A stretch of 64,000 nucleotides of DNA, from positions 38,814,001-38,878,000 of the forward strand of contig CM119371.1 in the NCBI GenBank assembly GCA_051294905.1, given 5' to 3'. Of the stretch, positions 1-14,100 are shown piece after piece. Positions within the stretch are counted from its first letter, which is position 1; every line of letters begins with the position of its first letter. The position numbers and the translations under genes were made by a program. Source of the DNA: Botryllus schlosseri (taxonomy: Eukaryota). Below the pieces are notes generated by a model. That model saw only the letters and a program-made list of their open reading frames with translations, was not told the DNA's origin and did no database searches.

Positions 1-1826
1 TTAAGCGAAATATTTCACGTTTCACCGAGTTCGCCGTGCGTCAGAGTCTTTTGATTTGAATAGGCTCTTCCCATCTATCGCTACATGCGTCTGATCGTTT
101 GCGTGGAAAGGAGAAAGCTATCATTGGCCGTGTATAAACAGAGCTGGTCAATGACGAAATACTCCCACTAATTCTGATTACTCGACTCGATTTTTTCTGA
201 TTGTTGTATAGAAGTTAGTATGATTGTAACATACTCGCACTTTGACCTGAATAATTTTTAGAAACAACTATAGTTTTCTTTTTAATTTATAGTTTGCAAT
301 GCATAAGTATTTATGGGGAAAAATAGCATCATTTTTACGAATGAATTGGCCATGAGAACGGCATGGAACGGCCATCACGGTAGCTGCAAAATATATATAT
401 GCAGATTATTGTGGGTTTTGTTTGTATGTTGTCATTGGCCATTTAGCGTTAGTCGCAAATATGAATCTTGCTATTTCGAACCTCTCATTAACTGCGAAGA
501 GTACGGGAACCCCCGACCGTGCCTACTTTTGAAATTACCTATTTGAGTACCTCCCTAACTCTCATTTTGTAATTACACTGAAAGTAGTTTAAACATATCT
601 TGGTAATTTCAGTTTCAGACTGTAATTTAGTAGGGATTTCAGGGATTACTTCTACATCTGATTGGCACGACCGATTACCTTGACTTTCTATTGCATTAAT
701 CAGAGTAATATTGTTTTGGTTTAGATTGTATTTCGCTGGTATGTGTATTTAATATATCGTATCGTGACTTTATTAAGAGTTTTGCACGAGGAATTTGTTA
801 TTGTTTTATGGCTGGGAATTAATATCATCAAAAACGTACTTCATTCAAGACTACGCATCCTTGATTTATAACTAACCATATACAACTAACAGCGTGTGGT
901 TGTTTAACCAGAATAGGCTTCAGGATTCTGCGGTTGAAGGCTTTTAATTCTACCTGTGGACTACACCAGAAGACAATGTTAACTATTAACTTGCTTTTAT
1001 TCGAAGAAAACTATTGGCACAGAATAAGAATGTATACACATCGTACTACCGAAATTACAGCAATTGTATCATAATGTATGCAATTAAAACATGTCACTAG
1101 ATGGCGCGTAGCGAGATCAACTACAGAATTCCATTCCGACCCTAAGAGGTTTATTTAGGCTACAATCCACTCATGCGGTATCTTACAAAAGTCTAAAACG
1201 TAAATGGACCATGCTACAATTATGCAGAATAGGAGCAGCCAGTAGTAATACGGGCATGGTGTAATGTAACCGTAAAAGGACCATAGATAACAAATTACCA
1301 TCGCTACTAAGATAACATGAACACTGAACAGCCAGCCTATTTATGTTGTATATATCTGATTCTACCCAATCCAATATGTGTTAGCATATAATAATGTCCA
1401 GTCAACAGTATCCGCCAACCGACCTTCGTTCATAGGGGGGCCTGAGAAATACGTAGAACTGATGTTTCAAATAAGTGCATTACGTCGTAAGCGAATTTGC
1501 TATGCCCATGTGCCTTTTCTCAAATTGCAAATGAGTGAATCGCCAGAGATGCAATATCATCATTTACATTATCGTGGTTGAGCTGATTACCTACAATTCA
1601 AATCAGGGACAATCATGCCATCCAATCCGCTCACAGATATTACCCACACAGATCGAAGCCAAACTATTTCATAATTGGTTCCGGTGAGTAAAATTATTCG
1701 TAGTAAGTTATAAAAGTTTGACACGTCCAGCAAAATCCGCGAAAGCCGTGATATAGGCTGCTAATCCAACTAGTGCAAAAGGTAAGCATTTAGAAATATA
1801 ATAATCATAATGACCAAAATCGCGTA

Positions 1827-2176
1827 CTAATAAACCGTCGATACCATAGTGTTCGTATTTTGTTCGCTCTCTTCTTCCACGGAGTTCATGCCGACTGACT
1901 TGAGTTTAGCCCGAACAATAGCGTGAAAGGATGGGGGGTAAACGTTGTAGGAACTGTAGCTCGGACGGCAGAAGGTGAACGACTGAGTCCGCACGGCGGG
2001 TCTACTTTTTTTGCTACTGCTCTTTCGGTCGCTCCATCTGCGCTTCGAGACCTGGTGTACATTCTGGGAGCGTTTGGTGCAGCAGAACACGAGGCCAATG
2101 GCCGTCAGCAGTAGGATGATGAAGATGATCGCCGCCGGTAAGATGACCGCTAGCAGGAAGGTCTCGCTTGGCAAGT
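1827..2176 (-). CDS. Exon 11 (TM helix + cytoplasmic tail, stop)
   Basis: ttttctccag|ACTTG acceptor; hydrophobic helix, then CC and a basic tail; ends STVY-TAG. Confidence 0.88.
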
Positions 2177-5100
2177 CTGGAGAAAAGTGAACACTGGTTT
2201 AACAGCCGGCTCCGGCAGACAACTTGATTTCAAGTAGGCCTTGCGTAGACTTTATGACAAGTGGGACCACTATAGCTAGGGTTGCATTTGGTACAAAAAA
2301 ATCAATATAAAACGGACATATTTAAAACATGGCCCTTGTTTAAAACCTGTCCTTTTTTAGGCCACGAAGTCATGGATAGTTAAGTGTGGCATCACAGTTG
2401 AATTGCACTGGCAACTAAAAATACGTCTTCTCTGACGAAAAAAGAGTCCGACCCCTGCCTTAACTGGACCAAAAATATCTTTGAGTAGAAATACATCGTT
2501 GTGCAGCATTTTTGCGGTCGTCGAGTATCTTAAGATCCTCCATTCTGTTCCAATGATCCATAACTACGTACTATAGATGTTGCGACGATTTCGAGGGTTC
2601 CAACCATTCCGCATTTCGTATATGTCGAGTATATAATGTAGAAATTTTCAATTTCATACTATATCCTCTGTCAAAAGCATTTACACAATAATAGTTTACT
2701 TTTAACAATGAATTCATATTTTGAAGGCTATTTCAAACACTGTTTAAAACATGGCATGGATCAAATGAATCGCACACACACACTTGTAACTTTCTCCCTA
2801 TATACGACATATAAGCATCTTATCGCGCGCGCTTGAGACCGCAAGCCAGAGGTTATTTATCTCGGATGATCTGCAAACGTCATCAATCGATATTGACTTT
2901 TAGTTATTTGTATAGTCGAACTGTATGAAATATGAGATCAGCCACAGGATCATGTCATTTATTATGGTGATTATAAAATGCTAGTACCATTATCGTCCTT
3001 TTCGTCCGTGATGATTTCTTCTCGCATCGTCACCGGTCCGACTCGAATTTTGTACACTAGACAAGAAAGATATCAATAATGTAGGCAGTTGTAACGTGGA
3101 ACAATATGTTGATATTATTCGGAATTCCATGCAGTGAATTTACATATAAACCATGGAATCAGAACGTCACCCGACAAAATAAACCTCTTATACCGCCAGT
3201 CTCGTGCCTTTACTTCAAGCATCATTGGTTAGCAATGAAGTACTTCCTATTTATCCGACTACTCAAGTAAGCAAGGGTTACTTTCGCCACTTACTGAAGT
3301 GCTCATATTTTCGAACTGATTCCATTTCAACGCAACGGGTTTTTTGCGAAACTTCTTATTTTAATGCCCTGGCTTCGAATAGCAGAAAGTAGTTATTATA
3401 TACACTTTCATCAATTTTAATGCGTCCCTCAATAAACTCAGTATCTGCGATATTGACTGTGTTTTCGATGTTCGAATTTTCATCAATCATTTTATTTTTG
3501 TTGCGAAGATGCATTCCCAATTTTTTATTATCACCCGTTACGATTAAATGCTAGAAGTATGGAACTTCTGGACCAAATAGACTTTTTAAAGTGACTTACC
3601 AGAGGAATTACCAGGCCCTAATTTTTTGACTTCCCCTTGAAGCAGTGTTGGGATGACTCGAGTCATGACTTGACTCGAGTCAGACTCGAGTCACCTTTTT
3701 CGTATGACTTGACTTGACTCGAGTCACTTTGCTAAAATGACTTGACTTGACTTGACTCGGCGCATCATAAATGTGGATTGACTCGTGACTCGGAGGAAAA
3801 TGCACGAGTCAATTTCAAGTCATCAAGTATAATCGGTGTCGATAAAAATCACTGTATCTTGCATATCTTCGGATTGTTCGCCAAACGCTGGTGTAACCCG
3901 TGAGAGCGACCAATCATTTAATGATCGTGCATTTTACTGGGCCTCCATTGTTATCTCACAAATATATTGACCGCAAACGAAGTGATCGAAGCACACAGCT
4001 TACCTTACGTTGTATAGTAAACTAGCATAGTAAAGTAATCTAATCGCAAAATGTATATTTCTGTTCTCTGTTCTTACCTTAACCAAACCTCTTGTTTTAT
4101 TGAAATTGAATTTGAATATAGTTTATATCGTCCTCAACTGTTGGCGCAGGCTCGAATTGTGTCATATCAATTTGTAACTGGGTAATGCATTGCATCTCAT
4201 CAATTCTCTTTCTATTTCTCTATTTTGGCTGGCAACTATATAAACTGGGGCTATGCAATTATATACTTATATTCGTTCATCGTTTCAAGTCAATGACCAT
4301 ACTCATCTGTAGGCTATTTCAGACAGCTAGCAAAATGCCATGTCGTAAGCATGCCTAATACTTCGAAAGGGCAACTTGACTTGAAATGTGACTTGACTCG
4401 TGACTTGACTTGACTTGACTCGACTTGACTCGAGTCACCTCCAAAAATCGATTGACTTGACTTGACTCGAGTCACCTTTGAAAATCGATTGACTTGACTT
4501 GACTCGAGTCAAAATGTGCAATGACTCGAAATGACTCGTGACTCGAAGGTAGTGACTTGATCCCAACACTGCCTTGAAGTAGATTTTAGATATAATAGAA
4601 ATCGCTGCATCTACTTGCACTTGCGTAGCTGACAACGGTATAGCGTTACTTCTACTTATACATGGGCAGCACTCTGTGAATTTCTGGATTCAGCCCAAAA
4701 GTCTTGATTCTGTCCCCTGTATCCACGAAATGTGGATGTTTTGGTAGATTCCATTATCATTGTAAGGCTAATGGAGAGCTACAATGTTTCGATGATGAAC
4801 CAGATTTTCGTGGCAATGGCATGACAAATCTAATAGAAAAAAGCTATGATTACCTTCTTCCTCGGTAATGTCTCTTTGTCTTCTTCGCGGTGAATCGTTG
4901 CCAATTCTAAAACACATAGTCATTGTTAATAGCTGCCAGCATATCCGTAATGTTATACAGTCCTTCGGGAGTTATGTGGGTATCACATTTTCATAGTATC
5001 TTGTAAATCCGAAAAGGGAACGACTTATGGTCCGAAACGAGAGAAGGAGATAATATTTCACGAAAATAGGGAGCTCCTGAACAAGAGCAGGAAACAGTTA

Positions 5101-8100
5101 TTGGTAAAGAGAGCTCCGCAGCAAGAGTAGGACGTATTTGATGATAAGAGAGAGCTCTAGAGCAATAGTATTTTAAATGAGAACACTAGAGCAAGAGAAC
5201 GAGATAATTTATGTTAGATCCGGAAGGAGATGGGCCTATATTTCCACATGAAATGATAACCCATGAGAGGTGGAAAAATTACTATTATGGTCTGACAAAA
5301 CGAATGGAAATGATATAAAGATCACCTATTAGGGGTATCAAACCCGCAGTTGGGGGCGCAGTTTTCACCCACGCACGGATGGAACGAACATCCGATGAAG
5401 GTGGGTGTGTTCTCTCGAATGTCTCTTGAAGAAAACTCCATTCTCACATCGGGCCTGCGTCCGTTGTCTATGATGCGCGCGGTCCCGTTGCATCTGCAAC
5501 CGATCAACGTGGTGGGATTTACAATTGTAATCTGCAGGATTAAGGGGGGTCAGCGTCGTAACGCTGCTCAACTCACCCTTGCTGGCTGACCAAAGGAGAT
5601 CTCTCCTGTTGATTTTCGACCCAGCATTCGTCTACGACCACATTCACATCTTCATCCGGACTGTTGAAATATACGCCCTGAAATTTGTATTCAAACAGAG
5701 TTATTAGAAGCATTCGATTTTGTTACTCTCAATTAAAGTTTACGGGTATCGCGGTATACTTCATCTCGATCAATAGTAGAAGTAGAGATTTTCTGTACTT
5801 GGGTAAACTAAGATGATGTAGAAAAACAATGTTTAGAGAGTACTCGATCGACTAGTTTCAAAAAGTATATTTCTTGGACAATGATCGCTAATTTTTAAAA
5901 GTCATTAAGACATTTGGCAATACTACTTTCAACTTTACAGCATCGAATAGTTTTGACCTAAAAAAAAGTATGGACTATAAGTACAAAGGCTATATCTGCT
6001 TAAGCACCACGAGAAATGGAGGTAATTCGATACTTAGCAGCTCTCCGCTGATCGCTTATGGCATCGCACCTGGACGACAATTCCTCCCCAAAAGCTTTTC
6101 CCCGTGTCGATAGCATTTCCTTCCCTGACAGGATCTGTGAATTTGTCGTCCATAGAAAGTACAAATACGCCTTCCAAATCCTGTCTTCCGGTAACCGGAT
6201 TTTTCACGGGCGTTTTGCCGCTGCAAATTGAAAAGGTATGATAAATGTATATCCATGTAAGCTGTGTGCATAATTCATTACCCAGCTGATAGAGCAATCA
6301 TAATAATATTAAATAACGTGACTACTAAATCCTAGTAGTTCCGAACGAACATTAGTGTTATGACCTAAAAACTAACAGTATTGCCGAGAGCAGAAGTATC
6401 TGTAACACACGAAAAAACAGTGCCACGTTTACAGTAGTGAATATCAGTTTTATCACATCATCACATGTCAAACTGCATATTCCAGAGATAAGATCTACTG
6501 CACGAAGTCAATCCAATTGCTGATTAGCCTTATGGTGTGATACGGTTTCACTCAATAAATTCGCAAGATAGCACTTCTTGTAAGTTACACGGTTATATGA
6601 AGCATAAAGTTTGAAATAAGTTTGTCTACTGTGTTCCTACTAAGAGAAACGCGCCAACGAATCAACGATATATCGATTATCATCGTCCTTATGGAATATT
6701 TTGGTTGAAATTAAAAATTAATTTTATGTTACTGCTATTAAAGTTACCATAGGAAACCCTTAGGTATTTATGGCCTATACACGTACATCAGATACTTACG
6801 CTACTTCGGGTGGGTTGCCGGGAACAACAGACGTGACCGTGGTCGATGTATCCAAAGGAAACTTGCAAACCACTTTGGCTCTAAACGGTTGGCCGACGAA
6901 GATGTCTCCCACTTTCGGCGAGTTCGTGATGTAATTGGTGTAAAGAACTTCCTTGTCGACGACCTGGTTTTTGAATAAGAAAATAAATCCACTTGGATTG
7001 GGTATTGTTCAAAGAAAATTGAAGTATAGTTTATTAGCTTTTGTAGCTTACTTTTCATGTTATTTATCTGACCACTCATCAGAGCGTTCATGCTCTACTT
7101 CTACTTTAAGTAGTAGAACACCCTAGTCATTCCAGCTACATAAGTAGTATGATTGATTTGTGTAGCATTTTACATTATGAAATATCATAACCGTCCTCTC
7201 TCCGCGACAACAGTGTGTAATTACGTCCATGTGCAACCCGTGACGTACGGGTGTGAATACACGAAACCATAATATTATTAAGACTTACAACACGTCATAA
7301 ATCAAACACAAAATTTTAATCAAAATGATGCTTGCACCCATAGGCGCCGACTGACGAGGTTACGAGGTGGCAGCCACCTCGTACAAAATGCTCAAACGCC
7401 CAAGTGATTTGTGACCAGTAATTAGTAATAAGGCGAATCGATGCCACCTCGTTAGAGACGTCTTCGATTTCGATACGCGCGTGTGCCAGGCGCGTAGCCA
7501 CGGGGGTTTCGGGGGTCGAACTTCCCTATTTGAAACGCGAAACCCCGTCATTTTGAAATGATCATTCTAACTCTAATATTCAGTTGCAATTCAATAATTG
7601 TGTAATCAGTGCTCCGTGCGGCGGATTTGCGAGAAACGTGTTGTCAATTAGCGAGAAGAATCTGTGATGATCTCCCGCTGAGATGGTCGCGAAATTAGGT
7701 CATTCATTCACGCGCGCGTGGCAATCGTCGCTTGCCTGATTTATCGCGTCTCGATCAAGCCTGGTTTCGCAGGCTTCAACAAGCGCATCTGCAATAGGCC
7801 CAGTTTACACTGTTTCATCGCTTAACTGCGCAATCGAATCTGCATTGGCGGCTTCGGCCTGGTGTGCACGATATCATCGCTGGCCTACACAATGGCGTAT
7901 GCATTAGGCCTGGAGTGAAAGATATCATTGCTGGCCTATGGCCTAACTATCGCGTCTTGGGCCTAGCATGCTTTGGCTCCTATCTCTCGCTGGTTTCGAG
8001 ACAATGGGGTCGAGTTTACGCTATTTAGCCTTTGTTTTATGTCATATTGATTAAAAAGCGACATCGCGAAACTGAATAACATCGAATCGCTGCAAACAGA

Positions 8101-11100
8101 CTTTAACGTGCGAAATTGATTCCTGCTAATACTTGAACGTAACGATCAGAAGATGTGTATCATTTCTCGAGTTCTGAAATACGACAAAGGTTTGAAATCG
8201 GTGCCATCAAGTTCGGACATTTTGAATTGCGAAAACTGTAGCCGAGACTGCGTAATACGCGCGCGTATTTAATTGTTCACCAGAGATCAGTGACTCGCTA
8301 ATTGACAGCACTCCCGGACTCTTTGGCAAGCTTATCATACGCCTAAAATCGTCGATACGAAGAGATTATATGATCGCCATTTATACATGTACTTGACCCG
8401 AATTGAATTGATGCTATATTGGTAAATTTGAATAAAATCCAACTCCCCCTAATTTTTCGACTGGCTACGTGCCTTGCGTGTGCTGAGAAGCACCATCCTA
8501 GATCTCCTCTGCCGACCAGGCGCCCAAATATACGTTCTGCTTTTCTGAAATCTAAATTATGTGCACCCATATTCGTTTACAAAACCATTCATGAGCTATA
8601 GCTAGCTTCGTGATAGGTAATAGGAGCGCGAAATTGGAGGGCGTGTTGGTGTGTGCCTGCAAATTGGAATTCATTTCTGCGCAGATTCGTTTCTCTAACA
8701 AGGCTTTGCCAGTGGCATTAATCGGGAAATGTAGCAATACAGCTTAAACACCGATATAATGAGAAAACGATTGTCGCGACGAAATCTACTCAATATGGTG
8801 TCACACTCAAAACCGATTCGTGGCGATACTGATTAGATTACACGCTTTCTCATTTGCCCTCATCCATATTTCTTGTTACCTACTTGATACATTCGTACTC
8901 CGAAATTGTCGCACAAAGTCATATTTTTGTGTTCCTTTCATTATTAACGTGATGCATCACAAATTCTGATTTTATTCGATTCGTTTGAACAAGGAACCTT
9001 CTACATTCCGATTAACTTGATTACTGGATGTACTCGTATCGAGAACAACATTATCGAATATTAAACTATAAGGCATTAGATAGACAGTGGATTTCTATTG
9101 GTAAGATCGCGGCATGCGTCCGGAAGTGGAATTAATTCTAGCCCAGGGGTGGCCAACCCGCGGCCGTAGAACGAAATTGTGCGGCCGTCAACACGTAATT
9201 CAATTGGTATGCGTTGGCGGCCGTCAACATGCAGATTGAATTTACGAATTGACCGATGTACTCATGAAATGCTTCGCGAACTCAAATCGAGAAATGCACC
9301 AATGTTTTCATCATTAAACAATTGGGCGATGCGAATTGATCAACGCGAAGCAAGAGACAATTACTGATTGGTTGCGCGATTTCGCGTTTGTAATCATCAT
9401 TATTGTCTGCTTGAAGTATTCGAGAGTTGTCGTGTGTTACTTGCAAGGCCAGTGAGTAGTGTATTTCGTTGGTCACACTGGGCATTGCGCGTGAATAACA
9501 TTGATGCAACGGCAGATTCCGTCGGACGGACTGGTACCGCAGGCCGCAGTTACACTTCAAATGATCGTACCGTTTTAAGATTCCATTTAATAACTCGACT
9601 GCATGGCTTGATATTCATGAGTGCAGGGCCGATATTAAAACGTCATGCGAATGGTTTAACTCTGCACGTACACGGCATGCAGTAAAGTGCGTTTTCGTGC
9701 GACGATGACGTCATCGATATGGAACAATTATGACGTCACAAGACTTCGCCACCTCGTAAAAAAATAAAAGTCGGCGCCTATGCTTGCACCTATAGGGTCC
9801 TAGGAATATATGCACGTTGGCACGTAGGATTTATAAACCCGATATAATTCTGACTGCAGTTCTGTTTTCTTGTATCACATTTTGGAAGAGTTATACGCAC
9901 TATTACTATCGAACCTATTACGAAATATCAAATCAATATCCATATATTCCTCGATATGCAGTCACGTAGATGACGAAACAAGATGGGGGAGCATTTCTGC
10001 ATACCTGTCTTGTAGTGCCACATGCTTCCATAGCAGGAATGTGAAATACCAAATAATTCCCCTTTCGTTGTGCGGCACATCTATGGTCAGCGAGATGGAT
10101 GCCGTATTGCTGTACGTTGTACCAATCCGCTACGTTCGTGTCCATGGATAGCAGCATTCGATCCGTCTCGCATTCGATGGAAATGGTGTGGCCTGAAATG
10201 TCACCAAGCTTTCACTCGATCGTTTATCCAGCGACTTAGGAAGACTAGTCCTTTGACAAGCAATCATATGACAGAATATCATATGACACTTCGGCACACT
10301 CATTCGTCAAGGGGTTAAACCAGTGACGTAGCAGTCAATTGGCGGTTTCGACTCCGCGCCACGGGCGGCAGGCGGCAAGGGGCGGCAAAATGAGACTGCA
10401 CAGTGCACACAGTACGGAGAGATGGGTCATCTCGAGCTAATTTGTTACGATTACGATTTGGTATCGCAGACCAGAAAACTGCAGAAGGTGAAGTAGTCCT
10501 GGGCCTTTCAACTTTTAATTATACGCTCGACAAGTTCAATTTTGAGGTGGCTATATAGCTCTTTTATTTGCCTAATACATTAGTTTCCCAAGCAATATAG
10601 AACTTCTGCGACTCGGCACATTATTGTGACTTTTTGTTTTGCTTTGAAAGTATTGCTTTAACATGAAACCATATATTTCAAAATTTACTGAAGAAAGTCA
10701 GGGGCGGCAGCATACACTCTCGCACCTCTAGGTAAAACCTGTATGAGTATTTGGGTTAAAGCTGGAGTTAGAGCGTCGTTAGGGTTAGATTCAAAGGTGA
10801 TCGAGGTATTTTATAGCTCACGCTCAAGTAGAAGTAACTTCGTGAATTTCCATTCAGGTACATTTAGAAGTAGCCTAGATATGCCTAGAAAATGAATATT
10901 ATCAAATATAAAGGCATCTAGACTAAAACATAACCACTAGAGTTAGTAGTGATAGTAGGCAAAACCTACTTGAGTAGTTTTACTAATAAGAAGACTTCGC
11001 CTTATATTCCCTTCTACTACTAATTAGAAGTACTTTGAACCCTATGGTTCGATTAAGGGTTGGGTCATGATTATGGCTGTGTTTAGAATGAGGGTCAATT

Positions 11101-14100
11101 CAGGGGTTAAGGTTGGGTTAAAGTTAGTTTTGAGATGATAAATTCACATGCTCTGCACCGCCTGCCAGAGTGCCCCATCTCTACTGTTGTTTGTCGTAAT
11201 ATGGCATTCTGAATTGCGACACTCTAGCATACGGTAATTAGCATGCGACTTCGCGCTTCCATTGCTAATTAAATGTTTCGATTGATTAAGCAAAACCAGG
11301 CCTGAAACTACGTACTTTGTTTCTTACTAGGAAAGAGATACTTCGACTGTACTTGATGACACATTTACGACGTCAATTCTACTTCAGTAAAAGCGAAGGA
11401 TACGTTGACCCTCTCCGCCGAAACTTTGTCAAACCGGACAGACTAAGAAGGTTTGTAATGCACAACATATTGCGATTAACCGTCATGTACAGTCGAGCAG
11501 TGCTAATATGGTACACCCCTCCCAACACAGCCCTAGTTGCTAAGGACCAAACAAACCCCATATACATGAAGGGCTCAATTCTACTAACCGCATAGATCAC
11601 CGGACACCTCCAATGTAGCCGGTCGCTGCAGTGATATAGTATCGATGCTCCAGCCGTAAACTACATTTCTCCCCGCCCACAAGAATCCTGACCGACGATT
11701 CTTACGTCCGGCGTTGAAAATACGAGACGCGCTAGTTTGCAGCTTGACCTCGTCGTTGAAGAGGTTCCTGATTTTCAACGTGCAATTGGCCATCGACTGT
11801 ACTTGAGCTTTCGAGAGCACTTTCGACCAAACGTAAAAGTCCGTGAACTTTCCGACCATTCGTTTTGTTTCCGTTGAGAAAACGTTCCGCTTTTTTCGTT
11901 TACTTCGAAATCCGGTGCTAACTCGGATCGTGTGCTCCGAAATGGAGCTGGCGTTGATCGCCTGGTCTTCGTCGATGAGGTTGAACTCGCCACCGCCGAT
12001 GTAGTATCGACCGCCGCTCGCGAGAACGTGCCGTTTCTGATGTATGGGAAGATACAAATGAGAGAATGAGAGTGTTGTTGTTCGTTTTTCTTTATGCAGT
12101 TCAATAAATATACCAGAGATGATCAGTACCAAAATACTTGTTTTTGTACAGAATTAGGTATAATCTAGTTGTATTTCTAACCGATATTGGACAGTGACGA
12201 AGTAGGCTATTTCTACTTCGCAACTTGCAAAGCTTCCTCAATTGGTTTTCATTATAGACTACTACTTCCTTACAATTTTCACTTTTTTAGTATAAAAACA
12301 CTTGAATTACGTACTTTTCAAATCGCTACTTCTACTTACACCTGACTACCGACCATGACTACTCTTACTCAGGGGGAGCGGTTGTTTTGGACTTTCTCGT
12401 CGTCTACTAAACTGAACTATTAGGGATAAGTACTTTCTTGTTACAAGTTAGAAGTTTATAAGTTGAAAGTAGTTTCACTATAAGGTTGCAAAACGGTTAT
12501 GAGTCGAATTCACGTAACAACCTCTTGAACCAGCCCCTATATCAAGATAACTGAATATTTTCGTAGAATATTCTAGCTAGCTATGTGTAAGTAACGTAGC
12601 AACAATTCGTTACAGACCACCTCCGATTGACAGTGCGGTGGCGAGTTATAATTCGTAAACGCTAACATCCAAGAGAATTAACACTAAATGTAGAACTATG
12701 TGTTTTAATGCTACTTAGTGGTCCTGGCAATTCACGTGAAAGGTAAGCACGATAAAGATTTAGGCATTGCGTTCATGCCATTTATTGATGTAGTCGAGAA
12801 CCACAGGTATCGCAAGACTGGCTAATGGCTTTTCGCGAAACCGCTAAAACGTACTGGGTGTGGGGTTCGAACCCACGCGGACATTTGTCCATTGGAACTT
12901 AAGTCCAACGCCTTAACCACTCGGCCAACCCAGTTCCACGGCAGACTCCTGATATTTCGAATGCTGTTGCACCATATGAATCAGTGTAGAAGGTTTCTTT
13001 AGTCAAGTTGGCTTTATCTTAGAGACATTAATGTATATATACGATATTTAAATAGGGTGGACAATAGATAAGATATTCAGATTGATACGAAGTCGAATAT
13101 TTTAGGCTGATAGTCTTCAGGGGTAATCGTCAGCAACGGTAGGGTTAGGAAACAATTCAATTTTTCAGCCCGTAATAAGATGAGCTTATGCGATTTGGAG
13201 GCAACAGGTGATTAAAAAGCAACGTCGCTATGAACGCTTGGCTGCCACAAGCCAATTATCCCTGTGGTAACTTTTCTGTCACCTCCAGCTTGAAACTCGC
13301 AAGCACTGAAGGATCGATAGGCCGCGCTTTCGCGGTCCGTATTCATACTGAAAATCCGGATCAAGCGAGCTTTTGCCCTTTTGCTCCACGCGAGGTTTCC
13401 GTCCTCGCCGAGCTCGCATTAGGACACCTGCGTTACTCTTTGACAGATGTACCTCCTCAGTCAAACTCCCCGCTTGATATGCGGATCGCCCGCGGCTCGG
13501 AGGCCGCGGGCTTAAGACCAAAATCGTAGGCCGGCTTCGCGCCGGCTCGCTTCTGCCTCACTGAATGAGCGAAAAAATGACCAGAGTAGCGGAATGAATA
13601 CTAATATTATTTATTCAGTCAGCGAAAGGTGTCCAAGATCAGAATAAATTCAGAATCCGTTATGCGAATTGTAGAGTTTGAACCTACGCGGCGTATAGAT
13701 AGTTGATAGCGTCGCTTTGAATTCAATACGATATGTCTACGGTGAACCCATGAATCTAACACTTACTTTCATTTGCTGACCCCGATCGATCTGTACCCCG
13801 TCTTTGAATACTTTCCATAACCCGTACCTCGACGACCAAGTCGCACACACGTGATGCCATCTAACGTCATCCAGTCCAAGACTGATAGGGGCTGATTGTT
13901 TACCTTTGACCACAACATAAACATCTCCTGGGCTGCCACTGCCTTGTTTCGAAGTTCCTTTTGTGTTCAGCCCGATTAATCCAAACTCCACACGCTCCTT
14001 CTGATTGACGTAGGCGAAAACAGTGCCAGTTCCGTCTTGGTCTAGTGATTTAACCCATGCGCACACGGTGATGGCTCGCAGTCCGCTTTTATTGATATCG

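Noticed and set aside
5041..5230. Degenerate GAGAGCTC..AGCAAGAG repeats in intron 8
   Set aside because: Short, diverged minisatellite with no further structure.
9143..9240. Solo hAT termini (also ~10321, 18478, 23350-23415, 30864, 36741, 46540)
   Set aside because: Only one end is recognisable and there is no TSD, so boundaries cannot be supported.
10741..11130. TTAGGG-like motifs as interstitial telomere
   Set aside because: Scattered and degenerate, with no tandem array; probably a repeat remnant.
13230..13529. ORFs 13230-13529(+) and 13279-13521(-)
   Set aside because: Incidental translations of the 28S rRNA fragment.
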